From Oleiphilaceae bacterium (GTDB lineage Bacteria > Pseudomonadota > Gammaproteobacteria > Pseudomonadales > Oleiphilaceae), in the NCBI GenBank assembly GCA_041591635.1, contig JBFHRO010000001.1, positions 1-41,023 on the forward strand: a DNA stretch of 41,023 bases, read 5' to 3'. The notes beneath the pieces were generated by a model. It was not told the origin of the DNA. It saw only the letters and a program-made list of their open reading frames with translations, and ran no database searches. Position 1 is the first letter of the stretch; each line of letters starts with the position of its first letter. The position numbers were made by a program, and so were the translations under genes. This document shows positions 1 to 7,831 of this stretch, one piece after another.

Positions 1-591
1 GCTGCTGTCGGGCGGCACCTGGTCAGGCAGAATACCCACAACTCCGCCTTTCTTCAGCACTGCCAAAAGGCGGGCCACGCCTTTGGTGGTGGTGGGAAGG
101 AGCTCTGCACCCGCCCGGCTGCGCGCCTGGGCGATAAAGGCGTCCAGTGCCGGCGTTTTGGGCGGGCGATAGAGTGAAGCCATTTGATAGCGTGTGGACA
201 GGTACAAGCCCGCCAACTCCCAGTTACCCAAGTGAGGGGCCAGCAACATGACCCCCTGCCCGCGGGCCTTGGCGGCAGCAATCTGCGCTTCGCCTTCCAC
301 CTCTACCACCAGGTCAAGCGCCTTCTGCAGTGGCCATGCCCAGACCGCCGCCACTTCCAGAAATACCGTACTGGTATTTTTCAAGCTGGCGCGGCTCAAC
401 TCCGCCCGCTGCGCCGCGGGCATCGAAGGAAAGCAAATACCGAGATTCACCTCGGTAATCCGGCGTGGCTCCAGATGCAGCCGGTAAATAACACGCCCGA
501 GCAAGCTCCCCACTCGCTGAATCATGGGCAACGACCAGCCGGCAACCCAGCGAATCAAAGCAATGCTTATCCTGTCGGTCAGTTTCGTCAT
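1..591 (-). CDS. lpxL: late lipid A acyltransferase (LpxL/HtrB family), C-terminus runs off the left edge
   Basis: Absent from the ORF track because it is truncated. My reverse-strand translation from ATG 591-589 gives MTKLTDRISIALIRWVAGWSLPMIQRVGSLLGRVIYRLHLEPRRITEVNLGICFP...GVMLLAPHLGNWELAGLYL...GILPDQVPPDSS. It is open to position 1 (197 codons). The HX4E motif (HLGNWE) is typical of this family. Confidence 0.8.
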   Translation of the reverse strand, partial: MTKLTDRISIALIRWVAGWSLPMIQRVGSLLGRVIYRLHLEPRRITEVNLGICFPSMPAAQRAELSRASLKNTSTVFLEVAAVWAWPLQKALDLVVEVEGEAQIAAAKARGQGVMLLAPHLGNWELAGLYLSTRYQMASLYRPPKTPALDAFIAQARSRAGAELLPTTTKGVARLLAVLKKGGVVGILPDQVPPDSS

Positions 592-664
592 GCGTTTTTC
601 AACCCGTTGCAATTCTGTTAGCCTTTGATGCCTTTCCCGCTGAATTACCCTGGAGTCAGGCTAC

Positions 665-1507
665 ATGGGATTCTTCTTCACCTTACTCTTGTCACTGGCA
701 CTACTTTCAGGTATCGCCATGTTTGCACGCAGGCATTTCCCAAGCCTCCCCTTCCTGCGGTTTCGCAACACCGTTGACTACCGCTATCCGCGTATCCTGA
801 TGTACCACATGATCAGCCCGCACCGGCCCGGCGCCCAATTCAACAAGCTGCGCGTGCCGCCGGAGCAATTCGAGCGGCAACTTGCGTGGCTGCATGATCA
901 AGGCTGGACCTTCTTTACCCTGCAGGAACTCATGACCCTGGCACCCAACTTTCCTGAAAAGGCCGTGGCCCTGACCTTTGACGACGGATTTGCCGATAAC
1001 TATAGCCGGGCCTTGCCTATTATGAAAAAGTACGGCGCCAAGGGCACCTTGTATCTGGTTATCGACCGGCACAACAACGACTGGTCCACCAAAAAGAAAG
1101 CCCACCACGACTCCGGGGAGCTGATGCACGAACCCAAGCTCACCGACGACCAGGTACATGCCATGCTGGCCTCGGGCCTGTTCGAGCTGGGCGGTCACAC
1201 CTGGTCGCACGCCAATCTGGCAACACTTGATGCGTCACAGAAAAGCCATGAAATCGAGACCGCACGGCAAGAGCTGGAATCACGCTTTGATACCCAGGTC
1301 ACCAGCTTTGCCTATCCCTTTGGTATTTATACCGATGAAGATCCCCAACGGGTCAGGCAGGCAGGCTATAGCAACGCTGTTACCACCGTCGAGGGGATAG
1401 AAACCCGGTTTATCGAAAACTGCTTTGAACTCAAGCGGATCAAAATCGGCGGCAAGGATTCACTCGCCCGAGTGATTCACAAACTGCGATTCGGCACCAA
1501 GCGCTGA
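665..1507 (+). CDS. membrane-anchored polysaccharide deacetylase (NodB homology domain)
   Basis: 280-aa ORF with an N-terminal hydrophobic helix (FFFTLLLSLALLSGIAMF). NodB motifs LTFDDGFADNY and GGHTWSH are present. GGAG lies upstream of the ATG. Confidence 0.85.
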   Translation: MGFFFTLLLSLALLSGIAMFARRHFPSLPFLRFRNTVDYRYPRILMYHMISPHRPGAQFNKLRVPPEQFERQLAWLHDQGWTFFTLQELMTLAPNFPEKAVALTFDDGFADNYSRALPIMKKYGAKGTLYLVIDRHNNDWSTKKKAHHDSGELMHEPKLTDDQVHAMLASGLFELGGHTWSHANLATLDASQKSHEIETARQELESRFDTQVTSFAYPFGIYTDEDPQRVRQAGYSNAVTTVEGIETRFIENCFELKRIKIGGKDSLARVIHKLRFGTKR

Positions 1508-1537
1508 GCGGTCCCCCGAAGTCTTGCCCTGCGAAGC

Positions 1538-2635
1538 CTAAAAATACTGGCGCAGCATTGCAATGACTTCGGGCCACATAAACCGGGCCTTTACCCGTTG
1601 CTCTGCGGCCGCGCCCAGCCGGGTGCGCAGTCCGGTATCACGCAGCAAGCGCTGCAATGCCTGGGTGACGCTCTCGACACTGTCACTATCACACAAGAGC
1701 CCGGTCTGACCATCGAGAACGGCATCTCCCGCACCACCGATACGCCCGGCGAGACTGGCCAGGCCAAACCATGCCGCTTCGAGATACACCAGCCCGAACC
1801 CCTCCACCGAATTTCCCTCGGCTCGACTGGGCATGACAAACAGGTCAGTCCGGGCAAGCCAGGCCGATTTCTGTTGCTCTATCTGCGGGCCGACAAAACA
1901 CACGTGCGACTCAAGCCCGGCACGCTCGACCAGCCCTTGCAGGCGAGCGCGATCGGGGCCATCGCCAATGATGACATAGACCAGGTGCGGGAATTCCGTC
2001 AGCAAACCGGGCAAGGCGGCGATCACCTTGTCATGTCCCTTGCGCGCTTCGATCCGGCTTACCGTCAGCAACACCGGCCCTCGTCCAGCAAGCACCCGAT
2101 CCACCCCGGCCAGGTGTTCTGCCTCGGCCAGCCTGGGTGCCGCGATACCGGGCCAGAACACCTCTGCCGTCGATCCCGCAGGCAAAAAAGGATTCAGCCG
2201 GTTGGCCGTAAAATGGGAATTCGCCAGAATATGCTGCGCTTTGGCAAAAGCACGGCACACCCGCTGGCGTTTTTTCTCACTCGCCCCCGAGGGAAACTCC
2301 ATGCCGTGGGCCAGGCAGAGTATTTTCATGCTGTCTTTGACACTAACGTATTCAAGGCTCTTCCAGGTGTCGCAAATCAGCACCCCCGGTTCGCGGCGCA
2401 TGCGCCGCGCAATCGCCCAGGCCTTACGCCGCCGGCGCAAGGGTTTGAGGCCGCCGAAGCGCACCACCGAAAATGCCTGACGGCGATCGAATTCGCGTGT
2501 ATCCACGCCCGCGAGGGCATCCGCAAACACCACCACAGCTTCACCCTGGCGCGTCAGCTCATCGGCCACGTTGAACATGTAGGACTGAATTCCGCCCAGG
2601 TCGGGCGGGAAGCATTGGGTCGAAAGGTAAATCAT
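1538..2635 (-). CDS. glycosyltransferase family 4 (GT-B, GT1-type C-terminal domain)
   Basis: The ORF-track entry 1538..2782 is over-extended. The family-typical N-terminus MIYLSTQCFPPDLGGIQSY starts at ATG 2635. The EGFGLVYLEAAWFGL motif (E-x7-E region) is present. Confidence 0.8.
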   Translation of the reverse strand: MIYLSTQCFPPDLGGIQSYMFNVADELTRQGEAVVVFADALAGVDTREFDRRQAFSVVRFGGLKPLRRRRKAWAIARRMRREPGVLICDTWKSLEYVSVKDSMKILCLAHGMEFPSGASEKKRQRVCRAFAKAQHILANSHFTANRLNPFLPAGSTAEVFWPGIAAPRLAEAEHLAGVDRVLAGRGPVLLTVSRIEARKGHDKVIAALPGLLTEFPHLVYVIIGDGPDRARLQGLVERAGLESHVCFVGPQIEQQKSAWLARTDLFVMPSRAEGNSVEGFGLVYLEAAWFGLASLAGRIGGAGDAVLDGQTGLLCDSDSVESVTQALQRLLRDTGLRTRLGAAAEQRVKARFMWPEVIAMLRQYF

Positions 2636-2723
2636 AATAATGGCCGGCACCGGGGGTTGGTTTGCAAAGGATTCCCAGTATGAAACAATGCCCTCCCTCA
2701 TCCAAGGAATCCACAGGGGCATT

Positions 2724-3755
2724 ATGACAATATCCTGTAACAAAATCCTGATTCTCAGCGATGGCGTGCCAGGCCATGTCAATCAGGCGCGCGGGCTGGC
2801 GAGCTGGATCGCCGCCACCAGGGATTGCACCATTGAAGAAGTCGAAACCCGACTCAAGCACAAATTCCTGCGACCCCTGTACCGGGCGCTGCTCAATACC
2901 CGCTCCCCGCTGGCCAGCCGCATCATTCTTGCCGGCTATCAGCAGGTTCCGGCAAAGGTCACTGCGGGAACGCTCCTTCTCTCTTGCGGCGGAAACACCT
3001 CTTTTATCAACGCCGCCCTGCGCCGCCAATGGGGCAATCCCGGGGTATTCATTGGCTCGCTGCGCCGCCTCAAGCCGACGTGTTTTACGGCCGTTATGAC
3101 CATTGAGCCCGTGGCCGGAGCCAGCAACAACATAGTGATGGATTTTGCCCCCAGCTACATCGATCAGGACGGCATTGCGGACGCCGGCAGCGCCTTTTTG
3201 GCCGAAAAGCAACCTGCCCGACCGCTGTGGGTGATGCTGCTGGGGGGCAACGGCGCTGGCTACACCTACGATACCCATGATTGGGAGACACTGGCGCAAA
3301 ACATGCGCGCGCTGGCACAAACCCATCAGATTCAATGGCTGGTCACCAGTTCGCGCCGCACGGATCAAAGCGCCGAGTCCTGCATTGAGTCAAGGCTGGG
3401 TGAGTACCTTTTTGACAGCCTCTGGTTTTCCCGCCATGGCAGCCAGTCGCTCAAAGGCTTCCTGGGGGCGGCCGAGCGCGTTTTCTGTACCGAAGACAGC
3501 ATGACCATGCTTTCCGAATCCATCAATGCGGGCAAACCCGTGGTCAGTCTTCGACCCCGGCAAGCCGCCCCCAACCAGCGATTTCTGGATGCGGTGGTAC
3601 GCTTTGAAAAAAATGCGTTTCTCGCCCGCAGCAGTATTGAGCAGGCACACACCCTGCCGCCAGCGGTGAATGTGAGCACGCGCCTCATCGCCTCCCGGCA
3701 GCGGGTGCTGGCGCAACTGCAATCATTGCTGGACCATCAAGGGCGGGACGACTGA
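2724..3755 (+). CDS. ELM1/DUF1022-family protein (putative LPS-core glycosyltransferase-like)
   Basis: The start was reset to ATG 2724 (MTISCNKILILSDGVPGHVNQARGLA), which resembles bacterial ELM1-family N-termini. The family call is from memory of the pattern, not from a search. Confidence 0.6.
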   Translation: MTISCNKILILSDGVPGHVNQARGLASWIAATRDCTIEEVETRLKHKFLRPLYRALLNTRSPLASRIILAGYQQVPAKVTAGTLLLSCGGNTSFINAALRRQWGNPGVFIGSLRRLKPTCFTAVMTIEPVAGASNNIVMDFAPSYIDQDGIADAGSAFLAEKQPARPLWVMLLGGNGAGYTYDTHDWETLAQNMRALAQTHQIQWLVTSSRRTDQSAESCIESRLGEYLFDSLWFSRHGSQSLKGFLGAAERVFCTEDSMTMLSESINAGKPVVSLRPRQAAPNQRFLDAVVRFEKNAFLARSSIEQAHTLPPAVNVSTRLIASRQRVLAQLQSLLDHQGRDD

Positions 3756-3756
3756 G

Positions 3757-4737
3757 ATGCAGACACCAACAGTGCTGGTTATTGGGAAACGCGGCGGCAT
3801 TTTGCAATGGTATGAGCATCTGTTGGCGACCGCGCCACTGCTTGCGGAGCTGAAGATCGAGGGTTTTGCCCTCAATCACAATAACTGGCAAGAGCGATCC
3901 GGCAAAAAACTGCTCAAGTTGATGGGGCAGAAACACAAACTCGACGAGGTGACGGCCCGGGCACTTAAAGCCCATATTCAGCGCACCCAGCCCATTCTGA
4001 TTCTCATTGCCGATTTGTTTTACCTGTCTTCGCCCTTGATTGAGGCCCTGATGACCGCCAAACCCCAGGCTCGCATCGTGCACTGGATCGGTGATTTCTT
4101 TGAGCCACGCCTGGTGCAAAACGCCGCCGTCGTCGATCAGTTTTACTTCACGGACAGCAGTTTTATTGCCGATGCGAATGCCATCGGCATTGGCAATGCC
4201 GACTACCTGCCACTGGCCGTGAATACGTCACTGTTCGCACCGGAAAAAGCCTCGCAATCGCGACACCCTACGCTGCTTTTCATTGGCGCTCACTCAGAAA
4301 ACCGGCAAGCCTTTATTGACCGGATTGGTGTGCCGATAACGGTTTTTGGCAAAGGCTGGCAAGCCTCGTCAACCCCGGGAGATGAACGTATCGGTAAAAA
4401 CATTCCCATTGCGGAGGTAGCCAGACGGTATCGTCAACATGAGGCGGTACTGAACGTGCTCAATCGTAACAACGTACGCCAGGGGCTCAACATGCGCTGT
4501 TTTGAAGCCACCGCGTGCGGCGCGCTGCTGATCACCGAGAGCTCCCCCGACAATGCCCGCTGCTTTGTTCCAGGACAGGAGATCATTACCTACGAACAAC
4601 CCGAGGAGATCCGGGAACAAATGGCCTGGCTGCGATCACAACCTGATCGACTGGCGACCATTGCCTTGCAGGGCCAGCACCGCACGCTTACGGAGCATGG
4701 CTACCATCATCGCATTCGCCAGCTGCTGCCGTTCTAG
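3757..4737 (+). CDS. CgeB-like / DUF3880 glycosyltransferase-family protein
   Basis: 326-aa ORF that starts 1 nt after the preceding stop (TGAgATG). The C-terminal motif LNMRCFEATACGALLITE is typical of CgeB-type GT1-like domains. Confidence 0.6.
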   Translation: MQTPTVLVIGKRGGILQWYEHLLATAPLLAELKIEGFALNHNNWQERSGKKLLKLMGQKHKLDEVTARALKAHIQRTQPILILIADLFYLSSPLIEALMTAKPQARIVHWIGDFFEPRLVQNAAVVDQFYFTDSSFIADANAIGIGNADYLPLAVNTSLFAPEKASQSRHPTLLFIGAHSENRQAFIDRIGVPITVFGKGWQASSTPGDERIGKNIPIAEVARRYRQHEAVLNVLNRNNVRQGLNMRCFEATACGALLITESSPDNARCFVPGQEIITYEQPEEIREQMAWLRSQPDRLATIALQGQHRTLTEHGYHHRIRQLLPF

Positions 4738-5537
4738 CCTGTGGTTTCCCGTTTTTTGGAGAGGCTTTTGTGCAGGTTCAAAAGCCATTTCTGATTAAAA
4801 AGCCGCATCAGCAGCACCGATGAAGAAACAAAAAACTGGGAGCACATCGCACGAATAAAACGCCCCTTGCGCCGCTGCGATTGCAGCGCCATGTAATCCT
4901 GCTGCAACTGCCGATAAGAGGCATCCACATTACCCGCGCTCTTGTGGCGCAGGTGAAAGTCAATCACGTAACACTTCAATCCCAGATGATCGGCATTCTG
5001 GCACAGGTCGGTGCCGTACAAATGAAAGCCGCGCAGTTGCGGTGAGCAAAACAGGTTTTGCCGGCGATTGAGGATCAGCAGGTTTTCATCCAGCGACAAC
5101 ACCCGGGCAGGAAATGGCCCCTGGCTGAGATTGGCCGCTTTGGGATCGGTAATGCGCACCACGGCACGACCGGCCGGCGTTTTGCCGGCATTACCCAGTA
5201 CGGCCCAGCGGGCGTCCAGTGCTTCGATCTGGGCAATGCGCGCCTCCAGCACTTCTTTGTTATCAAATTCAAACAGAATGTCCTGATGGCAAAAAACGAG
5301 AATCTCGCCACGCGCGCTGCGGATGGCACGATTGATGGCCGCATAGGCATCAATACCGTTGGCCGATGTGTTGTCAAAATACAGGTACTCGACGTCATCG
5401 CCACAAAAACCGGCCTGACGGGCGCTTTCGAGCATCTCACCGTACTCGGCCGGTCGTGTCACCAGGGTACAAAAGGTGTAGCGACAGGCGAAGTTTTCCT
5501 CCTGCAGCCGGCGGCTTTCTGATCCTTCTGCCAACAT
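4734..5537 (-). CDS. putative glycosyltransferase (GT-A/GT2-like)
   Basis: ORF 4734..5561. The second ATG (5537, MLAEGS...) is preceded by GGGAGGAG at good spacing. The FCTLVTRP...YLYFDN...ILVFCHQDILF pattern resembles GT-A nucleotide-sugar-binding regions. Confidence 0.5.
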   Translation of the reverse strand: MLAEGSESRRLQEENFACRYTFCTLVTRPAEYGEMLESARQAGFCGDDVEYLYFDNTSANGIDAYAAINRAIRSARGEILVFCHQDILFEFDNKEVLEARIAQIEALDARWAVLGNAGKTPAGRAVVRITDPKAANLSQGPFPARVLSLDENLLILNRRQNLFCSPQLRGFHLYGTDLCQNADHLGLKCYVIDFHLRHKSAGNVDASYRQLQQDYMALQSQRRKGRFIRAMCSQFFVSSSVLLMRLFNQKWLLNLHKSLSKKRETTG

Positions 5538-5569
5538 ACGAACTCCTCCCTTCGGATGCATAGTTCCGG

Positions 5570-6766
5570 TTATGGATTTACCCCGTCGCGCCGCCGGTCT
5601 ACCCAGCCATTCAAGTGCGTCAGCAATACCAGACTTAACAAGAGCGCAACATAAAACTTGAAACTCAGGTGCAATTCGGTCAAGCCGCGAAACGCCAGAT
5701 ACACCAGAAACAGCACCCCTAGGCGGTTGAGCAGGCTAAAATCGGCCCATCCGGAGCGCACTTTCAACGCCCGAATCAGCGCGAACAGACCAAGGCAAAA
5801 CAAGAGGGAACCCAGCGTACCCACGCAGAACAACAGCTGCAGGAATACGTTATGAGGCATCACCTGATTCAATCCGCCACCGATCAACTCAGGGGCGAAC
5901 TTGAAGGAATTCAATCCATAACCGAACCAGAGGCGATCCAGATACGCCTGCCAAGTGCCTTGATACAGTTGGATTCGCTCGACAAACGAATTAGGCAGCT
6001 CATAACCCGCCACACTGTGGCCGTCCGTGAAAAAGGACACCCAGACCATCACCACCACCAACGCCAGCGACAAAACAGCAAAGGCCGGTGCAAACGCGCT
6101 TTTCCACCACACAAACAGCAGCAACAGACAGTAAAAGAGCGCCAGATAGGCTCCCAGGGAATCGCTGGCCAGCAGCAGGTATGCCAGTAAAAGGGCCAGC
6201 CCGAACATGGGCAATGTGCGGTAGCGGGGCAAATAGATGATCGCACTGACCACCACCAGCCCGGCCATGGCGGCCACATTGGCAAATTCGTGAATCCCCG
6301 AAATCACCGAGGAGAGTGCGCCGTTGTTGCGTAGCGACCAGCTCCAGTGCCATTGAGAAACCGCCCAGAGATACAAACCCGCCAGCAGGGCTGCCGCCAC
6401 CCAGGAAGCCCGTACCAAGGCGTCAACAATGCGGTCTTGTGACTGATGAACGAGCAAACTGGCACCGGCAATCAGCACAAAGAGGCTTCGAAACAACTCC
6501 CACACGCCCTTGATGGATTTTTGCGGGAACACGGAACCAAGATAGCCAATGAGCATCACCGCCACAAAAAGCAACAAGGGCAGCGCCAATTGCTTCACCA
6601 TCGCCCCGAACTGGCGCCAGTCGGCTACCCACACCGACAACACGAGTACGGCGGAAATCTCGCTCAACTGAAACTGGGTCGGCCCGACACTGAACAGACA
6701 CACCAGACCAAAACACCAAAGCCCCAGTGGCCTTACCCACTGCTCACGATAACTGCTGATCGACAT
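5570..6766 (-). CDS. O-antigen ligase-like (Wzy_C/WaaL family) polytopic membrane protein
   Basis: Highly hydrophobic multi-TM ORF with a GGGLNQVMPHNVFLQLLFCVGTLG region like the Wzy_C loop. I chose the start at ATG 6766 (MSISSYREQW) because the longer GTG-started ORF would run through the ilvE terminator hairpin. Confidence 0.65.
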   Translation of the reverse strand: MSISSYREQWVRPLGLWCFGLVCLFSVGPTQFQLSEISAVLVLSVWVADWRQFGAMVKQLALPLLLFVAVMLIGYLGSVFPQKSIKGVWELFRSLFVLIAGASLLVHQSQDRIVDALVRASWVAAALLAGLYLWAVSQWHWSWSLRNNGALSSVISGIHEFANVAAMAGLVVVSAIIYLPRYRTLPMFGLALLLAYLLLASDSLGAYLALFYCLLLLFVWWKSAFAPAFAVLSLALVVVMVWVSFFTDGHSVAGYELPNSFVERIQLYQGTWQAYLDRLWFGYGLNSFKFAPELIGGGLNQVMPHNVFLQLLFCVGTLGSLLFCLGLFALIRALKVRSGWADFSLLNRLGVLFLVYLAFRGLTELHLSFKFYVALLLSLVLLTHLNGWVDRRRDGVNP

Positions 6767-6780
6767 AGATTCTCTTTGCA

Positions 6781-6814
6781 CAAAAACAAAGGGCGCATGT
6801 TCTGCGCCCCTTTG
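6781..6814 (-). terminator. Rho-independent terminator downstream of ilvE
   Basis: On the minus strand: AAAGGGGCGCA-GAACA-TGCGCCCTTT followed by GTTTTTG. This is a GC-rich stem of about 10 bp plus a T-run, 16 nt after the ilvE stop. Confidence 0.8.
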
Positions 6815-6829
6815 ATGTTCTGTCACGAA

Positions 6830-7753
6830 CTACTTCACCAGTGTCAGCCACTGGGCATGCGCCGGACTGCGGCCTTGCACCACATCAAAATACATCTGCT
6901 GCATTTTGGTCGTAATGGGGCCGCGCGAACCACAACCTATAATGCGTGCATCCAGCTCGCGAATCGGCAGTACTTCGGCCGCTGTACCGGTAAAAAAGGC
7001 TTCATCCGCCACGTATACCTCATCCCTGGTTATACGCTTCTCGATCACAGGGATACCCAACTCATCGGCGAAGCTGAAGATGGTCTTGCGGGTAATGCCA
7101 TCAAGGCAGGACGTCAGTTCCGGGGTGTACAGCTTGCCATCACGGATGATGAAGATGTTCTCTCCACTGCCTTCGGCGACATAGCCTTCGTTGTCAAGCA
7201 GCAGTGCTTCTTCGCAGCCGCAACGCAGGGCCTCGTTCAACGCCAGCATGGAGTTGATGTAATGCCCGTTGGCCTTCGCCTTGCACATGCTGATATTGAC
7301 ATGGTGCCGGGTATAGGAAGAGGTACGCACCTTGATGCCTTTTTCTTTGGCTTCCGGCGACATGTAGGAAGGCCAGGCCCAGGCGGCCACCATCACATGC
7401 ACCCGCAGGTTCTCGGCCCGCAACCCCATGCCCTCAGAGCCATAGAAAGCCATGGGGCGCATGTAGGCGGAGTCCAGATTGTTCTCGGCCACCACACGGC
7501 ACTGGGCATCGTTCAACTGCTCCTTGGTAAAGGGCATGTTCATCTGCAGGATATGGGCCGAGCGAAACAGACGATCGGTGTGTTCCTTGAGTTTGAAAAT
7601 CGCCGCCCCTTTGTCGGTGGCATAGGCTCTCACGCCTTCGAAACACCCCATACCGTAATGCAGGGTGTGGGTCAGTACATGAACCTTGGCCTCGCGCCAG
7701 GGAACCATTTCACCATCCAACCAGATTAGGCCATCACGATCAGCCATTGACAT
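6830..7753 (-). CDS. ilvE: branched-chain amino acid aminotransferase
   Basis: 307 aa. MSMADRDGLIWLDGEMVPWREAKVHVLTHTLHYGMGCFEGVRAY is a classic IlvE N-terminus. AGGAG lies 9 nt upstream of the ATG. Confidence 0.95.
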   Translation of the reverse strand: MSMADRDGLIWLDGEMVPWREAKVHVLTHTLHYGMGCFEGVRAYATDKGAAIFKLKEHTDRLFRSAHILQMNMPFTKEQLNDAQCRVVAENNLDSAYMRPMAFYGSEGMGLRAENLRVHVMVAAWAWPSYMSPEAKEKGIKVRTSSYTRHHVNISMCKAKANGHYINSMLALNEALRCGCEEALLLDNEGYVAEGSGENIFIIRDGKLYTPELTSCLDGITRKTIFSFADELGIPVIEKRITRDEVYVADEAFFTGTAAEVLPIRELDARIIGCGSRGPITTKMQQMYFDVVQGRSPAHAQWLTLVK

Positions 7754-7831
7754 AATGAGTCGCTCCTGAATTAAACCGACGTGCGAAAAATGGGGGGCAT
7801 TCTAGCACTAAAAAAATAGCCGTTCATCATA

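Noticed and set aside
184-621. ORFs 184..621, 248..487 (+) and 54..281 (-) at the left edge.
   Set aside because: They overlap the truncated LpxL-family gene in other frames, and that gene reads cleanly from 591 down to position 1. They have no motifs of their own.
6446-7729. Long antisense ORFs opposite well-supported genes. Examples: 6446..7729 opposite waaL/ilvE, 7961..9367 and 9425..10678 opposite glnE, 1598..2683 opposite GT4, 24212..25165 opposite pepP, 31302..32234 opposite gap, and 17336..17965 opposite ubiB.
   Set aside because: Their translations are Arg/Gly/His/Pro-rich low-complexity strings with no recognisable motifs, while the opposite strand encodes clear family members. Such shadow ORFs are expected in GC-rich coding DNA because stop codons are depleted on the antisense strand.
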